Assembly (NCBI GenBank): GCA_964649975.1
Contig: CAZYSM010000003.1
Coordinates: 16,292-80,291, forward strand
Length of the DNA stretch: 64,000 nt
Direction: 5' to 3'
DNA from: an uncultured Bacteroidales bacterium
Lineage (GTDB): Bacteria; Bacteroidota; Bacteroidia; Bacteroidales; S143-33
Both the position numbers and the translations under genes were made by a program. This document shows, in pieces, positions 1 to 8,694 of the stretch (position 1 is its first letter; the number at the start of each line of letters is the position of its first letter). A model generated the notes under the pieces. The model saw only the letters and a list, made by a program, of their open reading frames with translations, was not told the origin of the DNA and ran no database searches.

Positions 1-1364
1 TGGTCAGTGTTGAGATTATCCACGTCTTTGTAGTTCCACACGCCATTGATGCGGCGGAGTTCACCTTCCGGAATTGTCAGGGTCTCGCTTTGTTCCTGCT
101 GGTAAGGATAATGTTCCTCTCGCGGCTGGAAATCCGGGTCAAGTACCTCGCGCGGGTCAGAGATTTTTCCGTTCAGTGCGGAATATGCCACAGTAGCGGG
201 TGAAGCAAGGAATATACTTGCGTTCTTGTTGCCCATACGTCCGAGGAAGTTACGGTTAGCCGTGGAGATAACGTTCCATCCGTCGGCCGGGATCCCCTGC
301 CCTGTTCCCAGGCATGGTCCGCACGAGGAAGTAAGGATATTTGCTCCGGCAGAGACAAAGGTCGTGATAATTCCGTTGGTAATAGCCCGGAGGTAAATTT
401 CGCGGGAAGCTGGGGTGACAATCATTTCCACGTCCGGATGCACCATTTTTCCGCGGAGAATAGAGGCAGCCTGTTCCAGGTCCTCATAGCGTCCGTTAGT
501 ACATGTACCCACAAATGCCTCATTAATAGGTGTTCCGATAACCTCGCGCAGGGCTTTGATATTATCCACGTGATGCGGAGCTGCTACAACAGGGAACAGT
601 TCGCTCAGATTTATTTCAATCACGCGGGCATATTCAGCGTCCGGGTCAGCCCACAGTCCGCCGAGATCGTCAACGGATACGCCGTAATAGTCTGCCAGCA
701 CCTCATCCGGCGGGAAAACTGCATTTTTAGCTCCAAGCTCTGAGGCCATATTGGCAATTGTCATACGGTCAGCTATGGACAGGGTTTTTACTCCGTCGCC
801 GTGGAACTCAATGGACATGTAGTTAGCGCCTGCCGATCCAATCATTCCGGCAATCCACAGGATAAGGTCTTTGGCAAACACTCCTTTTGGCAGACTTCCG
901 TGAAGGACTATTTTAATTGTCTCTGGCACACGGAACCATGTTTCGCCTCTGAGCCACAGTCCGGCAGCTTCGGTGCGGTCAATACCAGCGGCAAGAGTGT
1001 TGAAAGATCCGGCAGTGCAGGTATGGCTATCACTTCCGACGATAATCATTCCGGGGCGGGCATGCTTTGCCATAAGCTGATGGCAGATACCTTCGCCCTC
1101 GTCGTGGAAACGTTTAATACCCTGTTCCTTGACGAATTTGCGCACAGCGTCGTGGTCTGTGGCTACCTTGGAGTTAGTAGGCGGTGAGTTATGGTCAAGC
1201 ACAATTACCAGGCGGTCGGGGTCATAGACCTTTTTCCCGCCCATTTTTTCAAAGGTCTTGCGTATGGATGCGGTGTTATCATGCGTTAAAATCAAATCCG
1301 GTTGTTTGAAGACAATGCTCCCGGCTCTGGCGCCCAGGATTTTCTCAGCAAAAGTCAGTCCCAT
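1..1364 (-). CDS. Aconitase-family dehydratase (LeuC-type large domain fused to the start of a LeuD-type swivel domain); 3' end runs off the window
   Basis: Absent from the ORF track because it has no stop inside the window. My minus-strand translation from the ATG at 1364-1362 reads MGLTFAEKILGARAGS..VIVLDHNSPP..IIVGSDSHTCTAGSF..FVGTCTNGRYEDL..SSCGPCLGTGQG (aconitase-family Cys ligand motifs). It ends ..GVWNYKDVDNLNTD at the window edge, which resembles a small-subunit start. Track ORFs 173-421, 438-743 and 801-1187 are shadows of this gene. Confidence 0.85.
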   Translation of the reverse strand, partial: MGLTFAEKILGARAGSIVFKQPDLILTHDNTASIRKTFEKMGGKKVYDPDRLVIVLDHNSPPTNSKVATDHDAVRKFVKEQGIKRFHDEGEGICHQLMAKHARPGMIIVGSDSHTCTAGSFNTLAAGIDRTEAAGLWLRGETWFRVPETIKIVLHGSLPKGVFAKDLILWIAGMIGSAGANYMSIEFHGDGVKTLSIADRMTIANMASELGAKNAVFPPDEVLADYYGVSVDDLGGLWADPDAEYARVIEINLSELFPVVAAPHHVDNIKALREVIGTPINEAFVGTCTNGRYEDLEQAASILRGKMVHPDVEMIVTPASREIYLRAITNGIITTFVSAGANILTSSCGPCLGTGQGIPADGWNVISTANRNFLGRMGNKNASIFLASPATVAYSALNGKISDPREVLDPDFQPREEHYPYQQEQSETLTIPEGELRRINGVWNYKDVDNLNTD

Positions 1365-1430
1365 AGGAATAAGTTTTTAAAATTTTGGTTAAAAATAGCA
1401 AAATGCCTTAATAGGTCAAAAATAAAAATC

Positions 1431-1642
1431 GGGGCAGCGGGCGGAGCGGGTCAGACGGGTGAAGGCGAGGCCATAGCCTGCCGCTGAGGCGGGGCGATCA
1501 GAGTAAGCCACGACGAAGCGTTAAACAGGCTAAGCCGTGCCGAGGCCGGATGCAAGCAAAGCACGCGATGGGGCGGCTGCCGTGCAAGCAAGCGTCTGGA
1601 ATGCAGCCATAATGCAACAAAAGGCAGCCGCCCCAGCCCCCC
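1431..1642. other. GC-rich structured intergenic island (unclassified)
   Basis: Abrupt switch from AT-rich spacer to GC-rich sequence (ggggcagcgggcggagcggg...). It contains a perfect 12-bp inverted repeat, ggggcggctgcc (1570-1581) and ggcagccgcccc (1623-1634). It lies between the ttcA-like stop and the aconitase-family start. Confidence 0.35.
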
Positions 1643-1656
1643 AGAAAAACAAAAAA

Positions 1657-2433
1657 CTACTTATCTTGTTCTTGAGGCATTTTTTCAGCAGGAAGAGGCA
1701 AATATTTAGCTATATACTTGCGCGGAGCACGGAAAACGTTTTGCTTGATGCCAGGGTGGATTTTGTAAAACTGTTCCAACATCTGGCCTACGTCCGCGCG
1801 TTTGTTGATTTTGACGTTCACACACTTGCCAATTTCAGCTTTGAGGTCCAGCAGGTTAGCGTAATATTCTATGTCCTTTGCCTCCACTTCCAGCATGGGG
1901 CGGATGAGCTGGAACTTACCGTTGAACATATCCACGGAATAAGGCAAAGAGCTGATTTCGCCATTAAAGAGGATGTTCATCAGCAGAGTTTCGTTGGCAT
2001 CGTCCATGTGGTGACCAAAAGCCAGTTTGTTGCAACCCAGCTCCTCGGTCAAGCGGAACAGGCGTGTGCGCCGTCCCCAGGCGCATTTGAAGCAGGGTGA
2101 TAATTTCTGGTCGCGTTCAAAATCCACGTCCACCTCAATCTTATGGAACTCTATGCCATAGTGGTCGCACAAAGCCTTGATTTTCTGGTCATCAGCCAGC
2201 TGCGGCAAATCACGCACAACTATATGGGCAGCTTTGACCTGGTATTTGAACGGAAAAGAACGGCGGCGTTCAGCCAGGATGTCCAGCAAAGCCATAGAGT
2301 CCTTTCCGCCCGAGACACCCACGAGCACACAATCACCATCTTTCAGCAGATTTTGCTGGTAGATTGTCTTGCCAACTTTTTTGCGTAGCTTGTTGATAAA
2401 ATTACGTTGTCCTTTTGTAAAATTTTCTTTCAT
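1657..2433 (-). CDS. ttcA: PP-loop ATPase, TtcA-family tRNA 2-thiocytidine biosynthesis protein
   Basis: PP-loop SGGKDS (VGVSGGKDSMAL), CxxC..RR (SPCFKCAWGRRTRLF) and GHHMDDANETLLMN, all typical of the TtcA family. Confidence 0.7.
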   Translation of the reverse strand: MKENFTKGQRNFINKLRKKVGKTIYQQNLLKDGDCVLVGVSGGKDSMALLDILAERRRSFPFKYQVKAAHIVVRDLPQLADDQKIKALCDHYGIEFHKIEVDVDFERDQKLSPCFKCAWGRRTRLFRLTEELGCNKLAFGHHMDDANETLLMNILFNGEISSLPYSVDMFNGKFQLIRPMLEVEAKDIEYYANLLDLKAEIGKCVNVKINKRADVGQMLEQFYKIHPGIKQNVFRAPRKYIAKYLPLPAEKMPQEQDK

Positions 2434-2888
2434 TTTTCCACTTCTACTGTTTGCAGCTTTTTATGCTGGAAAAATTTGACATAGTAAATTATGCTGGAAA
2501 TAAGCAAAGCAAGGCCAATACCCAGATACACAGGCGCCAGGTATTTTTTATGGATAATTCCTGATACCCTGAGGGTTATGCCTGTACCCATCATTAGAGC
2601 AATAAGGATATAACTTGATGGTTTCTGAAAATGCCACCAGTGCACCTTATGGGGCAGGTCCAGTATACGTTTAATGTTTTTTGCAGACAGTTTGTTAAAC
2701 AGCCAGCCTTTTAACAAGCCAAGAGGGATGCCAATGATGAGTGCCCACATAATTTGCCTGCCGGTGAGCAGATGCAGCCAGCGCAGGAAAATGCTCAGCA
2801 ACATCAAGCCGGCCATTGACCACAACAGACCTGAATATAGAATGAGGTTGTGTTTATGTGTTTTCATTTTTTCATTGATTTTTTTCAC
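2430..2888 (-). CDS. Hypothetical integral membrane protein (about 4 TM helices)
   Basis: Hydrophobic helices. Its stop overlaps the ttcA-like start by 4 nt (ATGA), which suggests co-transcription. Confidence 0.6.
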   Translation of the reverse strand: MKKINEKMKTHKHNLILYSGLLWSMAGLMLLSIFLRWLHLLTGRQIMWALIIGIPLGLLKGWLFNKLSAKNIKRILDLPHKVHWWHFQKPSSYILIALMMGTGITLRVSGIIHKKYLAPVYLGIGLALLISSIIYYVKFFQHKKLQTVEVEK

Positions 2889-2988
2889 CCTGCAAAATTA
2901 AGAATTTTAGGTCTTTTTTTCCGAATGATAAAGATTTTTATATGTTTTTGTATTTTTTTACTTTTACAAAAAAGAAAATCTAAAAGTT

Positions 2989-3414
2989 ATGCTAAGATAT
3001 CCGATACCTACTGCGTTTACACTCATAGCATTACCATACCTGGTAATAGGCTATATTTTTGAGGTGATAATTTTCTGGTTGTTTGCAAAAAAATATGCCA
3101 TACGTTTCTGGCATTCGGCCTTTGTGGTACTCATAGCTAACCTATTTTCGGCTTTTGCAGGGTTGTTTGTGGCGCTGGGCACAAGCTTTACTGCTAATGT
3201 GCTGTGGTTCCTTGGCTTTTTTGTAATATCCTCGGTCATAGAGGCAGGTTTTTATATAGCATATTTTTATAAAGGTGAAATACGCAACTGGCGCCTGATA
3301 ACAGCCTCAGTTCTTGGCAATCTAATCACCTTTGTAATAGTTGGTTATGGGATATTTATCAATCCTGTCCTCACGGAAAAATACCTCCCGCTGCTGGGAA
3401 TAAAATTTTTCTAA
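2989..3414 (+). CDS. Hypothetical integral membrane protein
   Basis: 141 aa, four predicted hydrophobic helices, no recognisable motif. Confidence 0.55.
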   Translation: MLRYPIPTAFTLIALPYLVIGYIFEVIIFWLFAKKYAIRFWHSAFVVLIANLFSAFAGLFVALGTSFTANVLWFLGFFVISSVIEAGFYIAYFYKGEIRNWRLITASVLGNLITFVIVGYGIFINPVLTEKYLPLLGIKFF

Positions 3415-3426
3415 AAACTTATAGCC

Positions 3427-4227
3427 ATGGCAAGTAATCTGTTATTAATCATAGACCCACAGAATGATTTTTGCAATCTGGGTGATGAAAACGGAAAAGG
3501 CCGGGGCGCCCTGTATGTTCCAGGTGCTCATGATGATATGATACGCCTTGCCGGCTGGATAAAAGACAATAAACAGAAAATTGACCACATTATCATTACT
3601 CTGGACAGTCATCATCTGATGGACATTTCGCACACGCTTTTCTGGGTAGATGAGCAAGGCAACCATCCGGAGCCGTTCAGCACTATACGGGCTGCTGAAG
3701 TGGAACAGGGACGCTGGCGTTCGGTCATTGACAACGATAAATCCCTGGAATATCTGCAAAAACTTGAAGCCCAGGGCATCACGCACACAGTATGGCCTCC
3801 GCATTGCCTTATCGGGTCCGAAGGTGCTGCTATCTTTCCGCCACTGATGGAAGCCATTACAGAATGGGCAGCACAAGGACGCTATTATCAACCTGTTATG
3901 AAAGGAACTTATCCTTTCTCCGAACACTTTGGAGCATTTGCTGCACAGGTGATATTTGACGATGTGCCAGAGACACAGATTAACAGCGAATTGCTGGACA
4001 CACTGGGAGAATTTGATAATATTTTCCTGGCAGGCGAGGCGCGTTCGCACTGCGTAGGCACAACGCTCAAACAGATTATAGACTATGCGCCTATTGTAGT
4101 GCAGAAAATAACCGTGCTGGAAGACGCTATGAGCAATGTTCCGGGCTTTAAGATGGAAGAAGTATATAGCCAGGCCAGGGATCTGGGCGCCAAGCTGCTA
4201 ACTACAAGGATGGTGACGCTTTACTGA
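3427..4227 (+). CDS. Isochorismatase-family cysteine hydrolase, nicotinamidase-like
   Basis: LLIIDPQNDFC, WPPHCLIGSEG and the catalytic-Cys context GEARSHCVG are nicotinamidase/isochorismatase motifs. Confidence 0.8.
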   Translation: MASNLLLIIDPQNDFCNLGDENGKGRGALYVPGAHDDMIRLAGWIKDNKQKIDHIIITLDSHHLMDISHTLFWVDEQGNHPEPFSTIRAAEVEQGRWRSVIDNDKSLEYLQKLEAQGITHTVWPPHCLIGSEGAAIFPPLMEAITEWAAQGRYYQPVMKGTYPFSEHFGAFAAQVIFDDVPETQINSELLDTLGEFDNIFLAGEARSHCVGTTLKQIIDYAPIVVQKITVLEDAMSNVPGFKMEEVYSQARDLGAKLLTTRMVTLY

Positions 4228-4251
4228 TTTTTCCGCATTTATCATTATTGA

Positions 4252-4323
4252 GGGACTGCCCTGTATGTACGTGTCCGGGTAAAGGAGACGTATGACTGCG
4301 GGGCAGCCCCTTTTTGTTTTTTT
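4252..4323 (+). terminator. Candidate rho-independent terminator (long imperfect hairpin plus T-run)
   Basis: gggactgccc (4252-4261) pairs 9 of 10 with gggcagcccc (4301-4310). An inner stem acgtgtcc/ggagacgt is present, followed by tttttgttttttt. Confidence 0.45.
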
Positions 4324-4349
4324 AAGTCTTTAGCGCACCAAGAAATATT

Positions 4350-4357
4350 TACTTTTG
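4350..4357 (+). promoter_or_regulatory. Bacteroidota-type -7 promoter box TAnnTTTG (tacttttg)
   Basis: Exact TAnnTTTG match 23 nt upstream of the MFS start codon at 4380. Confidence 0.4.
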
Positions 4358-4379
4358 GGCAGGAAAAAGATTTACGCCT

Positions 4380-5576
4380 ATGGGAGTGAAAAAATTTTTC
4401 AGGAAACAAGCAGAAAAAGACTTTCGTTTGTGGGACGTGTTAACAGTTTCTTTTTCGCATTTTGCCCACGACATTTACACAGCTTTCCTCTCGCCTATTC
4501 TACCGCTGATTATTGAAAAATATTCCATTTCATATACAGCAGCAGGTTTGCTGAATGTGATACGTAATTTTCCGACCATACTCAATCCTGTGGTAGGTGC
4601 TATTGTGGATCGGCGAGGCGGACGTTTCCTGGTGATAATAGGGCCTACCATCTCGGCCATAGGGATGACGATCATAGGAGTGGCTCCAAGTTATGGGGTG
4701 CTCCTGCTATTATTGTTTGTAGTAGGGCTAAACTCCACGCTTTTTCATGTTCCTTCGCCAGTGATGATAAAGCTGGTATCGGGCAAGCGTGTGGGTCTGG
4801 GAATGAGCTTTTACATGGTAGGAGGTGAGACAGCCCGCACACTTGGCCCTATTGTAGTGCTGGCAGCAGTCTCGGCCTGGGGTCTGGAAGGCATCTGGCG
4901 TCTCATTCCGTTCGGAGTGGCTGCCTCGGCTTTCCTATGGTGGCGTCTGAGCCAGCTGCCCATAAAAGGCCAGGGTGTTACACGCACGGACGAGAAACTG
5001 ACAGGTATAAAAGAAATTCTGCGTAAGGTTTACAAGTTTTTCCTGGTGATGCTGTTGTTCTTGCTTTTCCGGGCAATGCTGCGTTCAGCCCTGACGTTTT
5101 ATTTGCCAACCTACCTGAAAGTGGAGGGACATAGTTTGTGGCTCTCTGGCATAGCCCTGTCTGTTCTGGAATTTGCCGGAATATTCGGCAGTTTCTTTGG
5201 TGGCACAATATCCGACCATATAGGCAGGAGGAATACTTTGCTCATATCGGCTATAACTACACCATTTTTGATGTTGTTGTTTCTGGGCATGAATGGATGG
5301 TGGGCTTTTCCGCTGCTTATATTGCTGGGCTTGATGATATTCATTACCTCGCCGGTGCTTCTGGCTTTTGTCCATGATATAGAGACTGACCGTCCGGCTT
5401 TTGTCAATTCCATATACATGATATTGAATTTCTTTGGGTCGTCCGTAGCAGCCTTGCTGGTAGGATTTTTGAGCGATAAGTTTGGGATAAAAGAAAGTTT
5501 TTACCTGATAACGTATTTTTCCTTTGGCGCTATTCCAGTAGTTTTGCTGTTCAAAAAGCATGAGCCGAGCGCTTAA
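4380..5576 (+). CDS. MFS transporter
   Basis: 398 aa with about 12 hydrophobic helices. The loop motif DRRGGRF after TM2 is typical of the MFS. Confidence 0.8.
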   Translation: MGVKKFFRKQAEKDFRLWDVLTVSFSHFAHDIYTAFLSPILPLIIEKYSISYTAAGLLNVIRNFPTILNPVVGAIVDRRGGRFLVIIGPTISAIGMTIIGVAPSYGVLLLLLFVVGLNSTLFHVPSPVMIKLVSGKRVGLGMSFYMVGGETARTLGPIVVLAAVSAWGLEGIWRLIPFGVAASAFLWWRLSQLPIKGQGVTRTDEKLTGIKEILRKVYKFFLVMLLFLLFRAMLRSALTFYLPTYLKVEGHSLWLSGIALSVLEFAGIFGSFFGGTISDHIGRRNTLLISAITTPFLMLLFLGMNGWWAFPLLILLGLMIFITSPVLLAFVHDIETDRPAFVNSIYMILNFFGSSVAALLVGFLSDKFGIKESFYLITYFSFGAIPVVLLFKKHEPSA

Positions 5577-6103
5577 TCTGCATCGCAGCCCAGCATTATC
5601 TTAATCATCTTAATGAGTTCCAGTTCAGGACGCGATATATCCCAATACACGTGAGCCATACGGTAGTATGGCTCACGTTGTTTTAATAGTTGTTCCAGAT
5701 AGTTTTCCAATTCCTTTTGAGTAGAAAAATTTTTCAGCAAGGGGCGTTTATCCTTTTCCGGGAAAAGACGGGCAGCAAGTAAATCCACAGGTGCAATGAG
5801 GTAAATAGTCAGGCCACTGTCATACATCAACTGGTAATTATTATGATAGATGGGCGTGCCTCCGCCTGTGGCCATAATAAAATTATCCTGTGAGGAGATA
5901 ATTTCTTTGAGCGTTTGATGTTCCAGATCACGAAAAAACTCTTCGCCTCTGGTAGCGAAGAGTTTATCAATTGATTGTCCGGAATGTTTTTCAATTTCCG
6001 TATCCAGGTCAATAAAATTTGGTATTTTCTGGAAATGTCCTGCCATTGCTTTGCCCAGGGAGGTTTTACCACTTCCGGGCATGCCCCATAGAAAAATTCT
6101 CAT
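5573..6103 (-). CDS. aroK: Shikimate kinase
   Basis: Walker A GMPGSGKTSLGK at the N-terminus, GGG motif (ATGGGTPIY), about 176 aa. Confidence 0.85.
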   Translation of the reverse strand: MRIFLWGMPGSGKTSLGKAMAGHFQKIPNFIDLDTEIEKHSGQSIDKLFATRGEEFFRDLEHQTLKEIISSQDNFIMATGGGTPIYHNNYQLMYDSGLTIYLIAPVDLLAARLFPEKDKRPLLKNFSTQKELENYLEQLLKQREPYYRMAHVYWDISRPELELIKMIKIMLGCDAD

Positions 6104-6282
6104 TTCTTTTTGTTTTTCTCGTGCATATAAACTTCGCGTCCGCCGAGGAAAATGCCACCTAAGAGCAAGAAAAGCAATCCACCATCAATGGGGATAGGCT
6201 GTGGTGGTGGAGGAGGCGGTTGACTAAATCCTATAGAAGCAAAAATTATTAGTGCCAGAAATGTTAAGATTAATTTTTTCAT
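6100..6282 (-). CDS. Tiny secreted peptide: signal peptide, poly-Pro, then a PID/PEP-CTERM-like tail (motif, TM helix, basic cluster)
   Basis: MKKLILTFLALIIFASIGFSQ | PPPPPPQPIPIDGG | LLFLLLGGIFLGG | REVYMHEKNKKK. There is a 4-nt ATGA overlap with the aroK start. Confidence 0.5.
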   Translation of the reverse strand: MKKLILTFLALIIFASIGFSQPPPPPPQPIPIDGGLLFLLLGGIFLGGREVYMHEKNKKK

Positions 6283-6496
6283 ATTTCGTTTTTGCTTTTT
6301 TCCTTTTTTGTTTGAAGTAAATTAACTGAACCGCAAATTTATAACAGATTTTTCAAAACTTACAAGTTTTTTTCTTATTGTATAAACAAATAAAGCGCCA
6401 AAAATGTTTCGCATTTTATAAAAAGTTTTGACAGAATTACTGAATTTATTGGTATTTAACTAAATTTGAATAAAAAACTCTGTAAAAATTTTAACC

Positions 6497-7825
6497 ATGT
6501 CCCTGCTAATAAAAAACGCCCGTATAGTTAATTTTAACGAAATCAAAGACGGAGATATTTTAATAGAAAGAAAAAAAATTATCCGTATTGACAGGAATAT
6601 CTCCTCTGGATCAGACCAAATCATTGATGCCCAGGGCAAATACGTAATTCCGGGCGGAATAGACACGCATGTTCATTTTGCCCTACCCACTTCTGCTGGC
6701 CTTACGGCTGATGATTTTCTCACTGGATCGCGTGCTGCTCTATGGGGAGGTACTACCTCGGTGATAGACTTTGTCACGCCCCTGCCCGGACAATCCTTGA
6801 TTGAGGCATATTTGCAACGTGTAGCAGAAGCCAAGGAGGCACTAACAAATGTATTTTTCCACGTCAGCCCTATTGAATGGACTGCTTCCACGGCAGATGA
6901 AATGAAGACCCTGGTAAAGGAACACGGTATTACTTCCTTTAAGGTTTATATGGCCTACAAAAACTCTATTGGCATAGATGACACAGTATTAATAAAAGTA
7001 CTGGAAACTGCCGGGAAATTAGACGCCTTGACAATTGTCCATTGTGAAAACGACGAAATTATTGAGTATCTACGAAATAAATACTTTAGTCAGGGTAAGA
7101 CAGAACCTCTGTATCATCCACTCTCTCGTCCGGATGATGCCGAAGCTGAGGCTATCAACCGTCTGGCACTGTATGCTGGCACACTGGGTGTATCAGTTTA
7201 TGCTGTGCATGTGTCCACAGAGAAAGGGCTGGAACGTATCCGTCAGGCACGCAAGCAAGGAGTGGAATTTTATGCTGAGACCTGTCCGCAATACCTCACA
7301 CTCACCGATGAGGTTTACGATGCACCATTTGACCAGGCTGCTAAATATGTTATGAGCCCACCTCTGCGCAAGGAACATGACCGTCAGGCATTGTGGGATG
7401 GAGTTTCCGATGGCACTGTGCATACTATTGGCACTGACCATTGCTCGTTTACCATGGAACAAAAACGCAAAGGAATAAATGACTTCCGCAGAATACCTAA
7501 CGGAGCAGGCGGCGTGGAGCACCGTTTGGAACTGCTTTATACCCTCGGTGTGGCCAGCGGAAAAATAGATATGAAGCGCTTTGTGGAAATTACTTCATAT
7601 AATGCAGCCCGTCTGTTCCGCCTGCAAGGAAAAGGCCAAATCAGAGAAGGATTTGACGCAGACCTGGTTATATGGAACGCGGAAAAAAGACATATTATCT
7701 CATCCACCACACACAAGATGAACACGGACAACAACATCTATGAAGGCCTTGAAGTCATTGGTCAGGCCGAGACAGTTATCCTTGGTGGGAAAATAGTCAA
7801 AGATGGAGGGCAATTATTCGTATGA
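6497..7825 (+). CDS. Dihydropyrimidinase / D-hydantoinase (cyclic amidohydrolase)
   Basis: GGIDTHVHF metal-binding motif, GGTTSVIDF, FKVYMAYK (carboxylated Lys context), 442 aa. Confidence 0.8.
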   Translation: MSLLIKNARIVNFNEIKDGDILIERKKIIRIDRNISSGSDQIIDAQGKYVIPGGIDTHVHFALPTSAGLTADDFLTGSRAALWGGTTSVIDFVTPLPGQSLIEAYLQRVAEAKEALTNVFFHVSPIEWTASTADEMKTLVKEHGITSFKVYMAYKNSIGIDDTVLIKVLETAGKLDALTIVHCENDEIIEYLRNKYFSQGKTEPLYHPLSRPDDAEAEAINRLALYAGTLGVSVYAVHVSTEKGLERIRQARKQGVEFYAETCPQYLTLTDEVYDAPFDQAAKYVMSPPLRKEHDRQALWDGVSDGTVHTIGTDHCSFTMEQKRKGINDFRRIPNGAGGVEHRLELLYTLGVASGKIDMKRFVEITSYNAARLFRLQGKGQIREGFDADLVIWNAEKRHIISSTTHKMNTDNNIYEGLEVIGQAETVILGGKIVKDGGQLFV

Positions 7826-7894
7826 TTATTTGAAAAATGTTTAATTGTGGAATATTTTTTTGCGAAAAATTTTCTTTTTATGATTAAAATATCT

Positions 7895-7902
7895 TACTTT
7901 TG
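7895..7902 (+). promoter_or_regulatory. -7 promoter box TAnnTTTG (tacttttg) upstream of rpmB
   Basis: Exact motif match 32 nt upstream of the rpmB ATG. Confidence 0.4.
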
Positions 7903-7933
7903 CAAGTCCAAATAACTAAAAAAACAGGATAGG

Positions 7934-8176
7934 ATGTCACGAGTTTGTCAGATTACAGGAAAGCGACCGATTGTTGGGAATCATGTATCGCACTCTCATC
8001 ACAAAACTAAGCGTCGTTTTTATCCCAATTTGCAGGAAAAGAAATTTTATCTTGAAGAAGAAGGTCGCTGGATCAAGTTACGCGTTTCTACCGAAGGCAT
8101 GCGCTTGATCAACAAAATTGGTCTCAAAGCCGCTCTTGAGCGTGCAAAGGCTAAGGGTTACATTAAAAGCTATTAA
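7934..8176 (+). CDS. rpmB: 50S ribosomal protein L28
   Basis: [29 protein letters not shown] is the canonical L28 N-terminus. Confidence 0.95.
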   Translation: MSRVCQITGKRPIVGNHVSHSHHKTKRRFYPNLQEKKFYLEEEGRWIKLRVSTEGMRLINKIGLKAALERAKAKGYIKSY

Positions 8177-8195
8177 AAATTAAAAAAGTTAAGTC

Positions 8196-8399
8196 ATGGC
8201 TAAGAAAAAAGGAGGCAAAAAAAAGAAGGCTGACCGCATACAGGTCATCCTGGAATGTACTGAGCAGAAGAAGCTTGGAGTACCGGGAATTTCCAGATAT
8301 TACACAACAAAGAACCGTCGTAATACTCCCGGACGTCTGGAACTTCGTAAGTATAACCCGTATCTTAAACGTTACACTATTCACCGTGAGGTTAAATAA
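8196..8399 (+). CDS. rpmG: 50S ribosomal protein L33
   Basis: ..[41 protein letters not shown] is an L33 signature. Confidence 0.95.
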   Translation: MAKKKGGKKKKADRIQVILECTEQKKLGVPGISRYYTTKNRRNTPGRLELRKYNPYLKRYTIHREVK

Positions 8400-8412
8400 A
8401 AATTAATTAACT

Positions 8413-8574
8413 ATGGCTAAGAAAGTTGTTGCTCGTCTGCAGACAGGTAAAGAAGGTAAAGGTGTTACCAAGATAATCAAAATGGTACGTTCTCCTAAAA
8501 CAGGTGCTTATATCTTTAAGGAGAAAATCGTTAATACCGAAAGGGCAAAAGAGGCTTTAAAGGAATTGAACTAA
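8413..8574 (+). CDS. DUF4295-family small basic protein (53 aa)
   Basis: Below the ORF-track size cutoff. My translation is MAKKVVARLQTGKEGKGVTKIIKMVRSPKTGAYIFKEKIVNTERAKEALKELN. A small gene of this kind typically follows rpmG in Bacteroidota. Confidence 0.8.
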   Translation: MAKKVVARLQTGKEGKGVTKIIKMVRSPKTGAYIFKEKIVNTERAKEALKELN

Positions 8575-8580
8575 AGCCTT

Positions 8581-8632
8581 TTCTCAGCGCTGAGAAAAAA
8601 GAGGCCGTCGTGATGATGAGCCTCTTTTTTTT
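8581..8632 (+). terminator. Rho-independent terminator of the rpmB-rpmG-DUF4295 operon
   Basis: Palindrome ttctcagc/gctgagaa (8581-8596), then a gaggc..gcctc stem (8601-8605 / 8620-8624) followed by a T8 run. Confidence 0.75.
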
Positions 8633-8694
8633 ATTTTTACGGTTTTGTTTACACCAGGATTTTTATTTAATATTGAGAAAAATAAAAATCCTCA

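Noticed and set aside
173-1187. Track ORFs 173-421 (-), 438-743 (+) and 801-1187 (+)
   Set aside because: They lie inside, in other frames or on the opposite strand of, the continuous aconitase-family reading frame (1-1364, minus strand), which has strong family motifs. Their own products have no recognisable features.
1302-2100. ORFs 1302-1487 (+) and 1537-2100 (+) starting in the GC-rich island
   Set aside because: Their Gly/Ala/Arg-rich low-complexity products are typical of GC-rich non-coding DNA. ORF 1537-2100 also runs antisense through the well-supported ttcA-like gene.
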